Assembly (NCBI GenBank): GCA_963831565.1
Contig: CAWHQS010000006.1
Coordinates: forward strand, 32,156 to 96,155
DNA from: Terriglobia bacterium
GTDB taxonomy: Bacteria; Acidobacteriota; Terriglobia; Terriglobales; Acidobacteriaceae
Direction: 5' to 3'
DNA: 64,000 bases
Position numbers and translations under genes: made by a program. The notes under the pieces were generated by a model. That model saw only the letters and a program-made list of their open reading frames with translations. It was not told the DNA's origin and made no database searches. Numbering within the stretch: the stretch's first letter is position 1; every line of letters begins with the position of its first letter. Positions 17,050 to 24,967 of this stretch are shown piece after piece.

Positions 17050-17682
17050 ATGGCTCTCATCGTGATCGGCGGACATTCGCGTGACGTGGGCAAGACCAGC
17101 GTGGTCGCCGGGCTGATCGCTGCTTTGCCCGAGTACAACTGGACGGCGTTCAAAATCACCCAATATGGGCACGGCGTTTGCTCGATGGATGGGAAGCCCT
17201 GTCACTGCGCGACTGACGATCATAGCTGGGCCATTTCGGAAGAGACTGATCGCTCCGGAGATTCCGATAGCTCTCGCTTTCTGGCTGCCGGCGCGGTCCG
17301 GGCATGGTGGGTCCGTACCGAGCAGGGACGACTGGCTGAGGCCATGCCCGCGATCCGCCGCAAACTGAAAGAGTCCGAGAATGTGATCCTGGAATCGAAC
17401 AGCATTCTCAAGTTTCTGCGTCCCGATCTTTACCTTACCGTTCTCAATCCCGCAACCGCGGACTTCAAGGCCTCTGCGCAGGAGCTTCTCGATCGGGCGG
17501 ATGCTGTCATCCTGCACGAAAAGCCGGCCTCAGTGCCGGCGTGGCGGGGGACTTCCCTGAAACCTGTATCGGGTCGACCCATGTTTCGGATTTCTCCGCC
17601 ACCATATGTCACCTCTCAGATCATCGAATTTGTAAGGCTAAAATTGACCACGGAGGACACTGAGCACACGGAGAAAACCTGA
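17050..17682 (+). CDS. hypothetical P-loop-like protein (MobB-like N-terminus)
   Basis: ORF 16915..17682 trimmed to the ATG at 17050, because the upstream part is translated heptamer repeat. The N-terminus is MALIVIGGHSRDVGKTSVVAGLIAAL. The last ~12 codons (LKLTTEDTEHTEKT) lie inside a palindromic repeat. Confidence 0.55.
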   Translation: MALIVIGGHSRDVGKTSVVAGLIAALPEYNWTAFKITQYGHGVCSMDGKPCHCATDDHSWAISEETDRSGDSDSSRFLAAGAVRAWWVRTEQGRLAEAMPAIRRKLKESENVILESNSILKFLRPDLYLTVLNPATADFKASAQELLDRADAVILHEKPASVPAWRGTSLKPVSGRPMFRISPPPYVTSQIIEFVRLKLTTEDTEHTEKT

Positions 17683-17713
17683 GCACTTTGTCTCTGGTGT
17701 CCTCCGTGGTGAT
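17648..17713. repeat. CCACGGAGGACAC-type palindromic element, copy 3
   Basis: ACCACGGAGGACACTGAGCACACGGAG ... TCTCTGGTGTCCTCCGTGGTGAT. It overlaps the last codons of the 17050..17682 gene. Confidence 0.7.
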
Positions 17714-17722
17714 CTTGTGAAC

Positions 17723-18073
17723 ATGCCAGATCCCATCAAGCCGACGGTTTCCCTGGAAGTCCTGAATCAGATCGACATTCGTGTCGGGACTATCCTCTCA
17801 GTGAACGACGTGCCAAACTCCGATAAGCTGGTTCAGTTGCATGTGAGCCTGGGCGATCACGAGCGCACCATCGTGGCCGGAATGAAAACAGAACGCACAA
17901 ATCCGCAAGAGATTGTCGGCCGGCAAGCTCTGTTCGTAGTGAACCTGGAGCCGCGCAAGATGCGAGGCGTGGTCTCCGAAGGCATGCTGTTTGACATCGG
18001 ATACGCCGACGGCGTGAGACCTGTGCTGGCCACGCCGGAGAGTCCGGTACCGGACGGCACCCGGGCGGGCTAA
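17723..18073 (+). CDS. tRNA-binding domain protein (CsaA / EMAP-like)
   Basis: IDIRVGTILSV...KLVQLHVSLGDHERTIVAGM...LFVVNLEPRKMRGVVSEGMLF is the canonical tRNA_bind OB-fold signature. I prefer the ATG at 17723 over the GTG at 17717. Confidence 0.8.
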   Translation: MPDPIKPTVSLEVLNQIDIRVGTILSVNDVPNSDKLVQLHVSLGDHERTIVAGMKTERTNPQEIVGRQALFVVNLEPRKMRGVVSEGMLFDIGYADGVRPVLATPESPVPDGTRAG

Positions 18074-18942
18074 GGCTTGCGCGCCTGCGCCAGTTCCCAC
18101 ACCTTGGCGTATTTCCAGGAAACGTACACCCCGTGGCAGAGGTGCAGCAGCAGCCCTTCACGGCCGTCGAGAAAGCCAAAGCGAAGAAAATAGTTATAGA
18201 CGAATGTCATCACCGGACGCACTGCGATATTCATGACGCTGAATCCCGTCCGTCCCTCAGCCACCGCCATCTCTGCCCCCAGGGAGGAGTAGCGGTTCAT
18301 GTGGGCGATATAGTCGGAGACCGTGGGGTAGCAGTGATGCAGGAGAGCGCCCTGCTTGAGAGTAGCGGTTGCGCCGCTGACTTGAAGCGTCTCGTGCACG
18401 GCGCGATCTTCGAAGCGACCGCAACCGCGACGGAACAATCGCAGCTTGGGGTCCGGCCAAAAGCCTCCGTGTTTCATCCACCGGCCGAGGAATTCGTTTT
18501 TGCGCCGGATCCAAACCCCGGCGACTGGCTGCTCGCCTTTTACGGCGATGCAATTTGCTAACTCGATACGGGCATCCTGCATCATGAAGGGATGAGCATC
18601 GGTCCTTCGCTCCAGCGCCTCCATCCGCTCCAGACTCTCCAGCGCGGTGGCAATGGCACTCTGCAGTTGCCCGTCCAACTCCTCATCCGCATCCAGGCTC
18701 AAGATCCAATCGCCCGTAGCCTTCTCGATCGCGGAATTTTTTTGCGCGGCGTAACCCTTCCAGGCTTCCACAAAGACGCTTGCACCATACGACTTCGCAA
18801 TTTCCACGGTCTGGTCGGTAGAACCCGAATCCACCACAATGATCTCGCCCTGCCCGTCGCGCGCCAGGGGACGCACGCTCTCAAGCGTGCGCGCCAGGTT
18901 GGCCTCTTCGTTGCAGGTGATCAAAACCACGGAGAGCTTCAC
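18070..18942 (-). CDS. family 2 glycosyltransferase (LPS-core type)
   Basis: ORF 18070..19068. The GT2 N-terminus is LSVVLITCNEEANLARTLESV...IIVVDSGSTDQT. Start trimmed to the GTG at 18942 because the upstream 42 codons translate the MITE-like repeat. Confidence 0.8.
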   Translation of the reverse strand: MKLSVVLITCNEEANLARTLESVRPLARDGQGEIIVVDSGSTDQTVEIAKSYGASVFVEAWKGYAAQKNSAIEKATGDWILSLDADEELDGQLQSAIATALESLERMEALERRTDAHPFMMQDARIELANCIAVKGEQPVAGVWIRRKNEFLGRWMKHGGFWPDPKLRLFRRGCGRFEDRAVHETLQVSGATATLKQGALLHHCYPTVSDYIAHMNRYSSLGAEMAVAEGRTGFSVMNIAVRPVMTFVYNYFLRFGFLDGREGLLLHLCHGVYVSWKYAKVWELAQARKP

Positions 18943-18995
18943 GCGGAGAGAATAAACCGTAAGGCCACACGGGCGGAATCCCCGCAGGGGTACGA

Positions 18996-19153
18996 GTGTG
19001 GGTCGGACACTCCCTTCGGCTTCGCTCAGGGCAGGCTGTGTCCGCACGTCCTTGACCTTAGGTCTCAAGACGTGATGCGGGCCGTCATAGCACGGGAAAG
19101 CCCACCAACAAAACCAACTTCAAAAGCGTCGGACAAGAGTGTCCGACCCACAC
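18996..19153. mobile_element. 158-bp MITE-like element with 17-bp terminal inverted repeats, copy 1
   Basis: The termini are GTGTGGGTCGGACACTC ... GAGTGTCCGACCCACAC. It lies between the TolC-family stop (19161) and the GT2 start (18942). It has no coding capacity of its own. Confidence 0.5.
19122..19147 (-). terminator. terminator-like hairpin carried by MITE-like copy 1, just after the TolC-family stop
   Basis: On the minus strand the sequence reads TAG-TTTTTTTGTGTGG-GTCGGACA-CTCT-TGTCCGAC-GCTTTTGAAG. This is the same module and the same sense orientation relative to the upstream gene as copy 2. Confidence 0.4.
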
Positions 19154-19160
19154 AAAAAAA

Positions 19161-21206
19161 CTACTGCGGTGGAGCCTGCGGTGGCATCACCGACTGTGGC
19201 ACATCCGGCCGCGCAGATACAAAGGGAACGGAGGGCATGTGCGTCACTTCGCCGCGTTCGGCGTCGGCCAGCAGGATGCCGGAGTGGTCCAGCAGCAGTC
19301 CGGTAGCGCGATCCAGTTCTACCCGGGCCTTTTCATAGGCCGCCATGGCCGATACCAGCGTGGACTCGGCCTGCGCCAGAGCGCTGCTGTTCTGCAGCAC
19401 CAGCGTGGTGGTGGAAGCCCCCAGGGCATATTTCTTCTGTTCGGCATCCAGCGACTGGCGTCCCAGGTCTACCGCCGCCTGGGCGGAAGACACGCTGGCC
19501 CGGTTCTGCTGCACTGCGAACTGGGCGTTGCGGATTTCGATGCGCACCTGGTTCTCTAGCTGCTGCAGCCGCATCTGCGCCTGACGGTATTCCAGTTCCG
19601 ACCGGATCTGGGTCGCCTGCGCCACCCGGTTTCTCAGCGGAATGGTCAGCTGCAATCCGACTCCCTTGTCGGGAGCGGTGGAATTGACCAGTTGGTTGAG
19701 CGTGCTGCCGTAGCTCACCGGCGTCACTGGATTTGTCGAGCACCCGAAGGGCTGCGGGGCCGGAGGTGGCGGACAGAGGTTATTAGCATTCTGTGCTCCA
19801 CCCAATCCCGATCCGCCGTAGTAGCCGTAAAGATCCAGCGAGGGCAGCAACGAACTGCGCACTGACTTGATGCTGATCTCCTGGTTCTTCAGGTTGATGC
19901 GGGCTTCCGCCAGTTCGCTGCGACGGCTCAGCGCTTCGTTCACCAGGTCCTGCGTCGGAACCACCGGTTCCTGCTGGGGCAACTGCATGATGGAGGTGGG
20001 GATCACTTCGGCATCCGCCAACCTGGGATCGACCAGAGTCCGGCTGAGCGCATTCTTCATCAGCAGTTGCTGCAGTTGCAGGTTCGTTTGCGCCAGCGTG
20101 AGCTGTTGTTGATCGCTCGCCACCGTGCTCTGCGCCCGCACCGTTTCGATGGGAGCCAGAGTGCCGATTTCAACCTGCTTCTGGGTATCGGAAAGTGTTT
20201 TCTGCGCGAAGGTCAGAGACTCGTTCTGTACCCTCACGTTTTCGTATGCGTACACCAGGTCCCAGTAGATGTTTTCGATCTGGTCGACGGTAGTAATAAT
20301 CTGCAGGCGAAAGGCCACGTCGGAAATCTCGCGGTTGTTTTTCGCGATGCGGATAAAGCGCGTATTGGGCGCGAAACCAAAGCCCTGCAGCAGGTGCTGG
20401 GTAAAGCGGGCCTGAAAGTTGGAGCCCAAGGTCGGGCTCAGCGTGGCAAATGTCGAACTGGTGGTGGCGCGGGTGTTATTGAATCCCACCTGGAGGTTTG
20501 AGCCCCACTTGAAGCCCTGCAAATAGGAAAAATCCGCGGTGGTCGAGTTCTGAACGGTAATGGGCTGGGCAAAGGTGCTGGAGGACAGAATATTGTTGTG
20601 ATCGAACTGCAACGAGCCGGTAACCAGCGGATCGAAGCTGGTGATCTGCGGCCCGCTCCCTAGGGTGCTGGTGACCAGACCCGACGCGCCTCCGCCGGCT
20701 CCCGCGGTTCCACTCACGCTGGTGCCGCCCGGGCCGGACCCGATGGTCCCGCCCAACCCGCCCGCGTTGCCCCCGGGCGTGCCCTGCAGCAGGCCCAGGC
20801 TCACGCCCAGCGTGTTCGCGCCCGCGTTGGCCCGCAGGACGTCGGTGTCCGCGATGTTAAGGTTGTAGCGGGAAATGGCGATGTCCAGATTGTTTTCGAG
20901 AGCTAGCGCCACCGCGTCGTTCATGGACAGATAGAGCTTGCCGTCCCGCAACAACTGCTCAATCCGCGGCGTGTTGAGCAGGTCCGCCGGCGGCAGGTGC
21001 CGGGGCATGTAGGGCGCCACCGGATTGGGGAAGTGCGAGTTGGGCTTCGAATAATCCTTCACTGCCAGACGCTGCGGTCGCGGGCTGTCGGGTAAGGCCG
21101 CGGCCGGCTGGGTTGCGGTCTGGGCCCAACTCATGGCGGTTAAAGTACCGGCGAGGACGAGCGCAAGAGTCCGCCGAAAGGCGCATTGCAATGCCGACAA
21201 AAACAT
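19161..21206 (-). CDS. TolC-family outer membrane efflux protein
   Basis: ORF 19161..21263 trimmed to MFLSALQ..., which carries the signal peptide. The two OEP repeats have the typical heptad-rich helices, and there is a Gly-rich insert (GGNAGGLGGTIGSGPGGTSVSGTAGAGGGASG). Confidence 0.8.
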   Translation of the reverse strand: MFLSALQCAFRRTLALVLAGTLTAMSWAQTATQPAAALPDSPRPQRLAVKDYSKPNSHFPNPVAPYMPRHLPPADLLNTPRIEQLLRDGKLYLSMNDAVALALENNLDIAISRYNLNIADTDVLRANAGANTLGVSLGLLQGTPGGNAGGLGGTIGSGPGGTSVSGTAGAGGGASGLVTSTLGSGPQITSFDPLVTGSLQFDHNNILSSSTFAQPITVQNSTTADFSYLQGFKWGSNLQVGFNNTRATTSSTFATLSPTLGSNFQARFTQHLLQGFGFAPNTRFIRIAKNNREISDVAFRLQIITTVDQIENIYWDLVYAYENVRVQNESLTFAQKTLSDTQKQVEIGTLAPIETVRAQSTVASDQQQLTLAQTNLQLQQLLMKNALSRTLVDPRLADAEVIPTSIMQLPQQEPVVPTQDLVNEALSRRSELAEARINLKNQEISIKSVRSSLLPSLDLYGYYGGSGLGGAQNANNLCPPPPAPQPFGCSTNPVTPVSYGSTLNQLVNSTAPDKGVGLQLTIPLRNRVAQATQIRSELEYRQAQMRLQQLENQVRIEIRNAQFAVQQNRASVSSAQAAVDLGRQSLDAEQKKYALGASTTTLVLQNSSALAQAESTLVSAMAAYEKARVELDRATGLLLDHSGILLADAERGEVTHMPSVPFVSARPDVPQSVMPPQAPPQ

Positions 21207-21490
21207 TCGATTCTCTCCCTGCACAGTCTGATGGTGAAGAGCGCAAAGGCTTCTGGAAATCAAGCGATGGTACGTAAAATACGGGCGCCAGGTTTCATTT
21301 TTGTGCTGGCCCGCGCCGTTTCTGCTTTTCGTCCCTGGGTCACGAATACGGGTCGCGATTTGAATAAAATAGTATAGCTGACGCTGCTGCCTTGCCCTGA
21401 AGCCACGCCTTGGCGCCAGAGTAAAACTTTGTAAAGATTTTCAACCCGATTGGATGATCATCGGTAGCGGGAAGACTCCAAACAATCGTC

Positions 21491-22276
21491 ATGCGCAATC
21501 TCAAATTAGTCCTGGCTTACGATGGCGCGGAGTTCTCCGGATGGCAGGTACAGCCTGCGGCGGCGACCATCCAGGGCACGCTAGCTTCGGCTATTGGACG
21601 AGTGACGGGTGAAAAAGTCCTGCCTCAGGGTTCGGGCCGCACCGACGCAGGCGTGCACGCGCTCGGCCAGGTGGCCAGCTTCATTACCCGATCGCCCATC
21701 CCGCCGGAGAACCTGGTAGTTGCGCTAAATGACCTTCTGCCCTCCACCATCCGGGTGCTGTGCGCCGCCGAAGCCCCGGCCGAATTTCACGCTCGAAAGT
21801 CGGCCCGCGCCAAGACGTACCGCTACCGCATCTTTCGCGGCGCCATCTGTCCGCCATTTCTGGCGCGGTATGTGTGGCACTATCCCTATCCCTTGGACGA
21901 AGATTATATGCGGGAGGTAGCGCCCTTGATCGTGGGCGAGCATGATTTCACCTCGTTTGCCGCGGTTGACCCCGAGCGGGGACAGGAGACAGACCGGTCG
22001 AACCTCCGGCACATTTTTTGTTCGCGCTGGGAACGGCAGGATGATGAATTCGTCTACACTGTGCGAGGCAACGGGTTTTTGCACCATATGGTGCGCAACC
22101 TGGTAGGAACCTTTCTGCTGCTGGGCAAAGGCACCCTGCAGGCTTCCGACCTGGAGCGGATTCTGGAAGCACGTTCGCGGTCGGCTGCCGGAGCAACCGC
22201 GCCCGCCGGCGGCTTGTGCCTGCTAAGCGTCGAGTATGGCAATGTGGCCGCTGGCGACCCACCCGCGGACCTGTAG
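21491..22276 (+). CDS. truA: tRNA pseudouridine(38-40) synthase
   Basis: MRNLKLVLAYDGAEFSGWQVQP...GSGRTDAGVHALGQV contains the catalytic Asp motif RTDAGVHA, and the length is typical. Confidence 0.9.
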   Translation: MRNLKLVLAYDGAEFSGWQVQPAAATIQGTLASAIGRVTGEKVLPQGSGRTDAGVHALGQVASFITRSPIPPENLVVALNDLLPSTIRVLCAAEAPAEFHARKSARAKTYRYRIFRGAICPPFLARYVWHYPYPLDEDYMREVAPLIVGEHDFTSFAAVDPERGQETDRSNLRHIFCSRWERQDDEFVYTVRGNGFLHHMVRNLVGTFLLLGKGTLQASDLERILEARSRSAAGATAPAGGLCLLSVEYGNVAAGDPPADL

Positions 22277-22301
22277 CGCTGCACCGGTGGTGGTTTTGTT
22301 C

Positions 22302-23876
22302 ATGGTGACCGATCTGCAAATCGCCGTTCGTAAGATAGCCTCCATCAATCCTGCGACGGGCGAGCTTCTGCGCCAATTCGAATGCGCATCGGAAGCCGAC
22401 GTTGGCGCCGCGGTTGCCCGCGCTCGTGCTGCCCAGCCTGCCTGGGCCGCAGCGGGCGTGCGCAGGAGAGTTGCGGTCCTGCGTGAGTTTCAGGACCTGG
22501 TGTACCAGAGAAAGTCCGAAATCGCGAAATTGGTTTGCCGTGAGGCCGGCAAGCCCTATGTCGAGGCGCTGCTCACGGAAGTGCTGGTAGTGCTCGACGC
22601 CGCCCGCTTCCTGATCGACAACGCTTACCAGTTGCTGCGAGATGAACCCGTTCCGCACGGCAATCTGGCCATGAAGACCAAGTCCGGGTGCTTGGTGCGC
22701 GAGCCCTATGGCGTGGTGGGAATCATCTCGCCCTGGAATTACCCTCTTTCAATTCCGGCCACCGAGAGCCTGGCTGGGCTGGTCGCGGGGAATGCCGTGG
22801 TGGTGAAACCCTCGGAGTTCACCTCGCTGGCGGCGATGGAGCTCGATGCACTGCTGCACCAGGCGGGCGCGCCCCGCGATGTTTTTCAAGTGATCATCGG
22901 TGACGGCGCCACGGGAGCCGCCCTGCTCAACTCTGCCCTGGACAAGTTGGTGTTCACCGGAAGCGTGCCCACCGGAAGGCGGATCGCGCAGAGCGCGGCC
23001 GACTGTCTGCTGCCGGTGGCGCTGGAACTGGGCGGCAAAGACCCGATGCTCGTACTCGACGATGCCGATGTCGAAATCGCTTCCCGCGGCGCGGTCTGGG
23101 GCGCTTTCGTTAATGCCGGTCAGGCCTGCCTTTCCGTCGAGCGCTGCTATGTGCATCGCAGCCTGTATGCTCCGTTTCTCGAGGCCTGTGTGCGCCAGAC
23201 CCAGCAGTTGCGGGTGGGCAACGGAATGGACCCTGAGATCGAGGTTGGCCCGCTGATCCATCAGCGCCAGTTGCAGAATGTGGAATCCCAGGTCGAAGAA
23301 GCCCGGGCCCAGGGAGCACGCGTGCTGGCGGGGGGAAAGCGCCTGCCGGAAATCGGGCCAAACTATTACGCCCCGACGGTGTTGGCGGAGGTCACTCACG
23401 AGATGCGTATCATGCGCGAAGAGACCTTCGGGCCGGTGTTACCGGTGATGCTCTTCGACCGCGATGATGAGGCTGTCCGTCTGGCCAACGATTCGGAGTA
23501 CGGCCTGGCGGCAAGTGTGTGGACCCGGGACCGCGCCCGCGGGGAGGCCCTGGCGAGACGCATCCACGCGGGAACGGTCATGGTGAACGACGTGGTCTCC
23601 TGCTTTGGCATCAGCGAAGCTCCCCACGGAGGCGTGAAGGCGAGCGGCATAGGCCGCTCACATGGCCGCTTTGGCCTGGAAGAAATGGTGCGTATAAAAT
23701 ATGTTGCTTCCGATCGGCTGCCAGGAATGGAAAAGATCTGGTGGTACCGCTATGGGAGTGCCTTCGCGCGCCAGATGGAGGGGTTGCTGGATGCGCAGTT
23801 TGCCCGCAGGTTGGGTCACCGGGTACGGGGCGCGGCGAGAGCAGCGGGAGCGCTAAAAGGCAAAAAGCGCGGCTAG
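22302..23876 (+). CDS. aldehyde dehydrogenase family protein
   Basis: ORF 22236..23876 trimmed to the ATG at 22302. ALDH blocks are present: VVVKPSEFTSL, ELGGKDPMLV and FVNAGQACLSVER (catalytic Cys). Confidence 0.85.
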   Translation: MVTDLQIAVRKIASINPATGELLRQFECASEADVGAAVARARAAQPAWAAAGVRRRVAVLREFQDLVYQRKSEIAKLVCREAGKPYVEALLTEVLVVLDAARFLIDNAYQLLRDEPVPHGNLAMKTKSGCLVREPYGVVGIISPWNYPLSIPATESLAGLVAGNAVVVKPSEFTSLAAMELDALLHQAGAPRDVFQVIIGDGATGAALLNSALDKLVFTGSVPTGRRIAQSAADCLLPVALELGGKDPMLVLDDADVEIASRGAVWGAFVNAGQACLSVERCYVHRSLYAPFLEACVRQTQQLRVGNGMDPEIEVGPLIHQRQLQNVESQVEEARAQGARVLAGGKRLPEIGPNYYAPTVLAEVTHEMRIMREETFGPVLPVMLFDRDDEAVRLANDSEYGLAASVWTRDRARGEALARRIHAGTVMVNDVVSCFGISEAPHGGVKASGIGRSHGRFGLEEMVRIKYVASDRLPGMEKIWWYRYGSAFARQMEGLLDAQFARRLGHRVRGAARAAGALKGKKRG

Positions 23877-23879
23877 CGT

Positions 23880-24037
23880 GTGTGGGTCGGACACTCTTGT
23901 CCGACGCTTTTGGAGTTTGCGGTTGATTCTGGCAGTTGGCCCGAACGCTCACCCAAGGTGAGTCTTTGGGAGACAAAGTCAAAAGCGTCGGACAGAGCCT
24001 GCCCTGAGCGAAGTCGAAGGGAGTGTCCGACCCACAC
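23880..24037. mobile_element. 158-bp MITE-like element, copy 2 (inverted relative to copy 1)
   Basis: It has the same termini and internal blocks as copy 1 (GTCGGACACTCTTGTCCGACGCTTTTG; CTGCCCTGAGCGAAG..GAAGGGAGTGTCCGAC) and the same 158-bp length. It starts 4 nt after the ALDH stop. Confidence 0.5.
23886..23911 (+). terminator. terminator-like hairpin carried by MITE-like copy 2, just after the ALDH stop
   Basis: GTCGGACA-CTCT-TGTCCGAC is followed by GCTTTTGG, 10 nt after the TAG at 23874-23876. Confidence 0.4.
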
Positions 24038-24053
24038 GGGATGAGGAAACGCG

Positions 24054-24542
24054 ATGACTCCAAACTCTGATCAAAAACGCGAACTCCTGCGGCACACCGT
24101 GGCCACGTTGGCCTACCGCGGCGGTAAGGCTGTCCGCAATGCTCCTGCGGGGTTTGCCGAGTTTCGCGGCTGCCCTTCAGGGCGCGCCGCCGGACAAATC
24201 CTGGCCCATCTGGGCGACCTGCTCGATTGGGGACTCTCCATCGCGCAAGGCAAACAGAGTTGGAAGAATAGCGAACCCCTGCCTTGGGACAAGGGAGCAG
24301 AACGCTTCTTTGCCGCGCTGAAGCGCTTCGACGATTACCTGGCCTCGGCCGAGCCTTTGCATGTTCCGGCAGAAAAGCTTTTTCAGGGCCCGGTGGCTGA
24401 TGCCCTGACCCATGTAGGACAGATCGCGATGCTGCGGCGGATGGCTGGCGGCCCGGTAAAAGGCGAAAATTATTTCGTCGCTGAAATCGTGAGCGGCTGC
24501 GTCGGACCGCAGCAAGCCGAGCCTAAGAGAGAGTTCGATTGA
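24054..24542 (+). CDS. hypothetical protein, DinB/YfiT-like helical bundle (tentative)
   Basis: 162-aa ORF with a helical pattern and conserved His positions (LRHTVATLAYR, ILAHLGDLLDW, LTHVGQIAMLRR) reminiscent of DinB-fold proteins. This is weak recognition only. Confidence 0.5.
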   Translation: MTPNSDQKRELLRHTVATLAYRGGKAVRNAPAGFAEFRGCPSGRAAGQILAHLGDLLDWGLSIAQGKQSWKNSEPLPWDKGAERFFAALKRFDDYLASAEPLHVPAEKLFQGPVADALTHVGQIAMLRRMAGGPVKGENYFVAEIVSGCVGPQQAEPKREFD

Positions 24543-24619
24543 AGGCGATAGAGCGAAACGCTTCGAGTAAAATGAATCCGTAAATCCGGCGGCGTTTTGC
24601 CGCGCGACGAGGATCGCCA

Positions 24620-24943
24620 TTGGCCACCGAAACCGCGACTGCTCCTCCCCAGCTTCCCCATCACAAAGTAAAAATCAAGAAGCCAGGACAGCGCTCCTGC
24701 AACGAGAACAACGCCAAGGGAAAATTCTGCGGCGGACACCTGAAGCGCTGGTTCTACACCACGGATGTGGTCGAGCAGGCCTGCGGCGATGCCGAACAGG
24801 CCTGGGGACCTGACGCCGAGGTCTATCGCTGCGAGCATTGCAAGACGCTTTACTTGCCAAACCAGGAGGGAGTGCGTGGGCTCAACGTGGCCGGGCAGGG
24901 ACAGACTTCGATTTTTGGGTTGACGGTGGCGCCGAAAAAATAG
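24620..24943 (+). CDS. hypothetical Cys-rich small protein (zinc-ribbon-like)
   Basis: 107-aa ORF with a non-ATG start. It contains CNENNAKGKFC ... CEHC, a four-Cys arrangement. I recognised no family. Confidence 0.45.
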   Translation: MATETATAPPQLPHHKVKIKKPGQRSCNENNAKGKFCGGHLKRWFYTTDVVEQACGDAEQAWGPDAEVYRCEHCKTLYLPNQEGVRGLNVAGQGQTSIFGLTVAPKK

Positions 24944-24967
24944 ATCGGCCCACTCTCATACCGCCAG

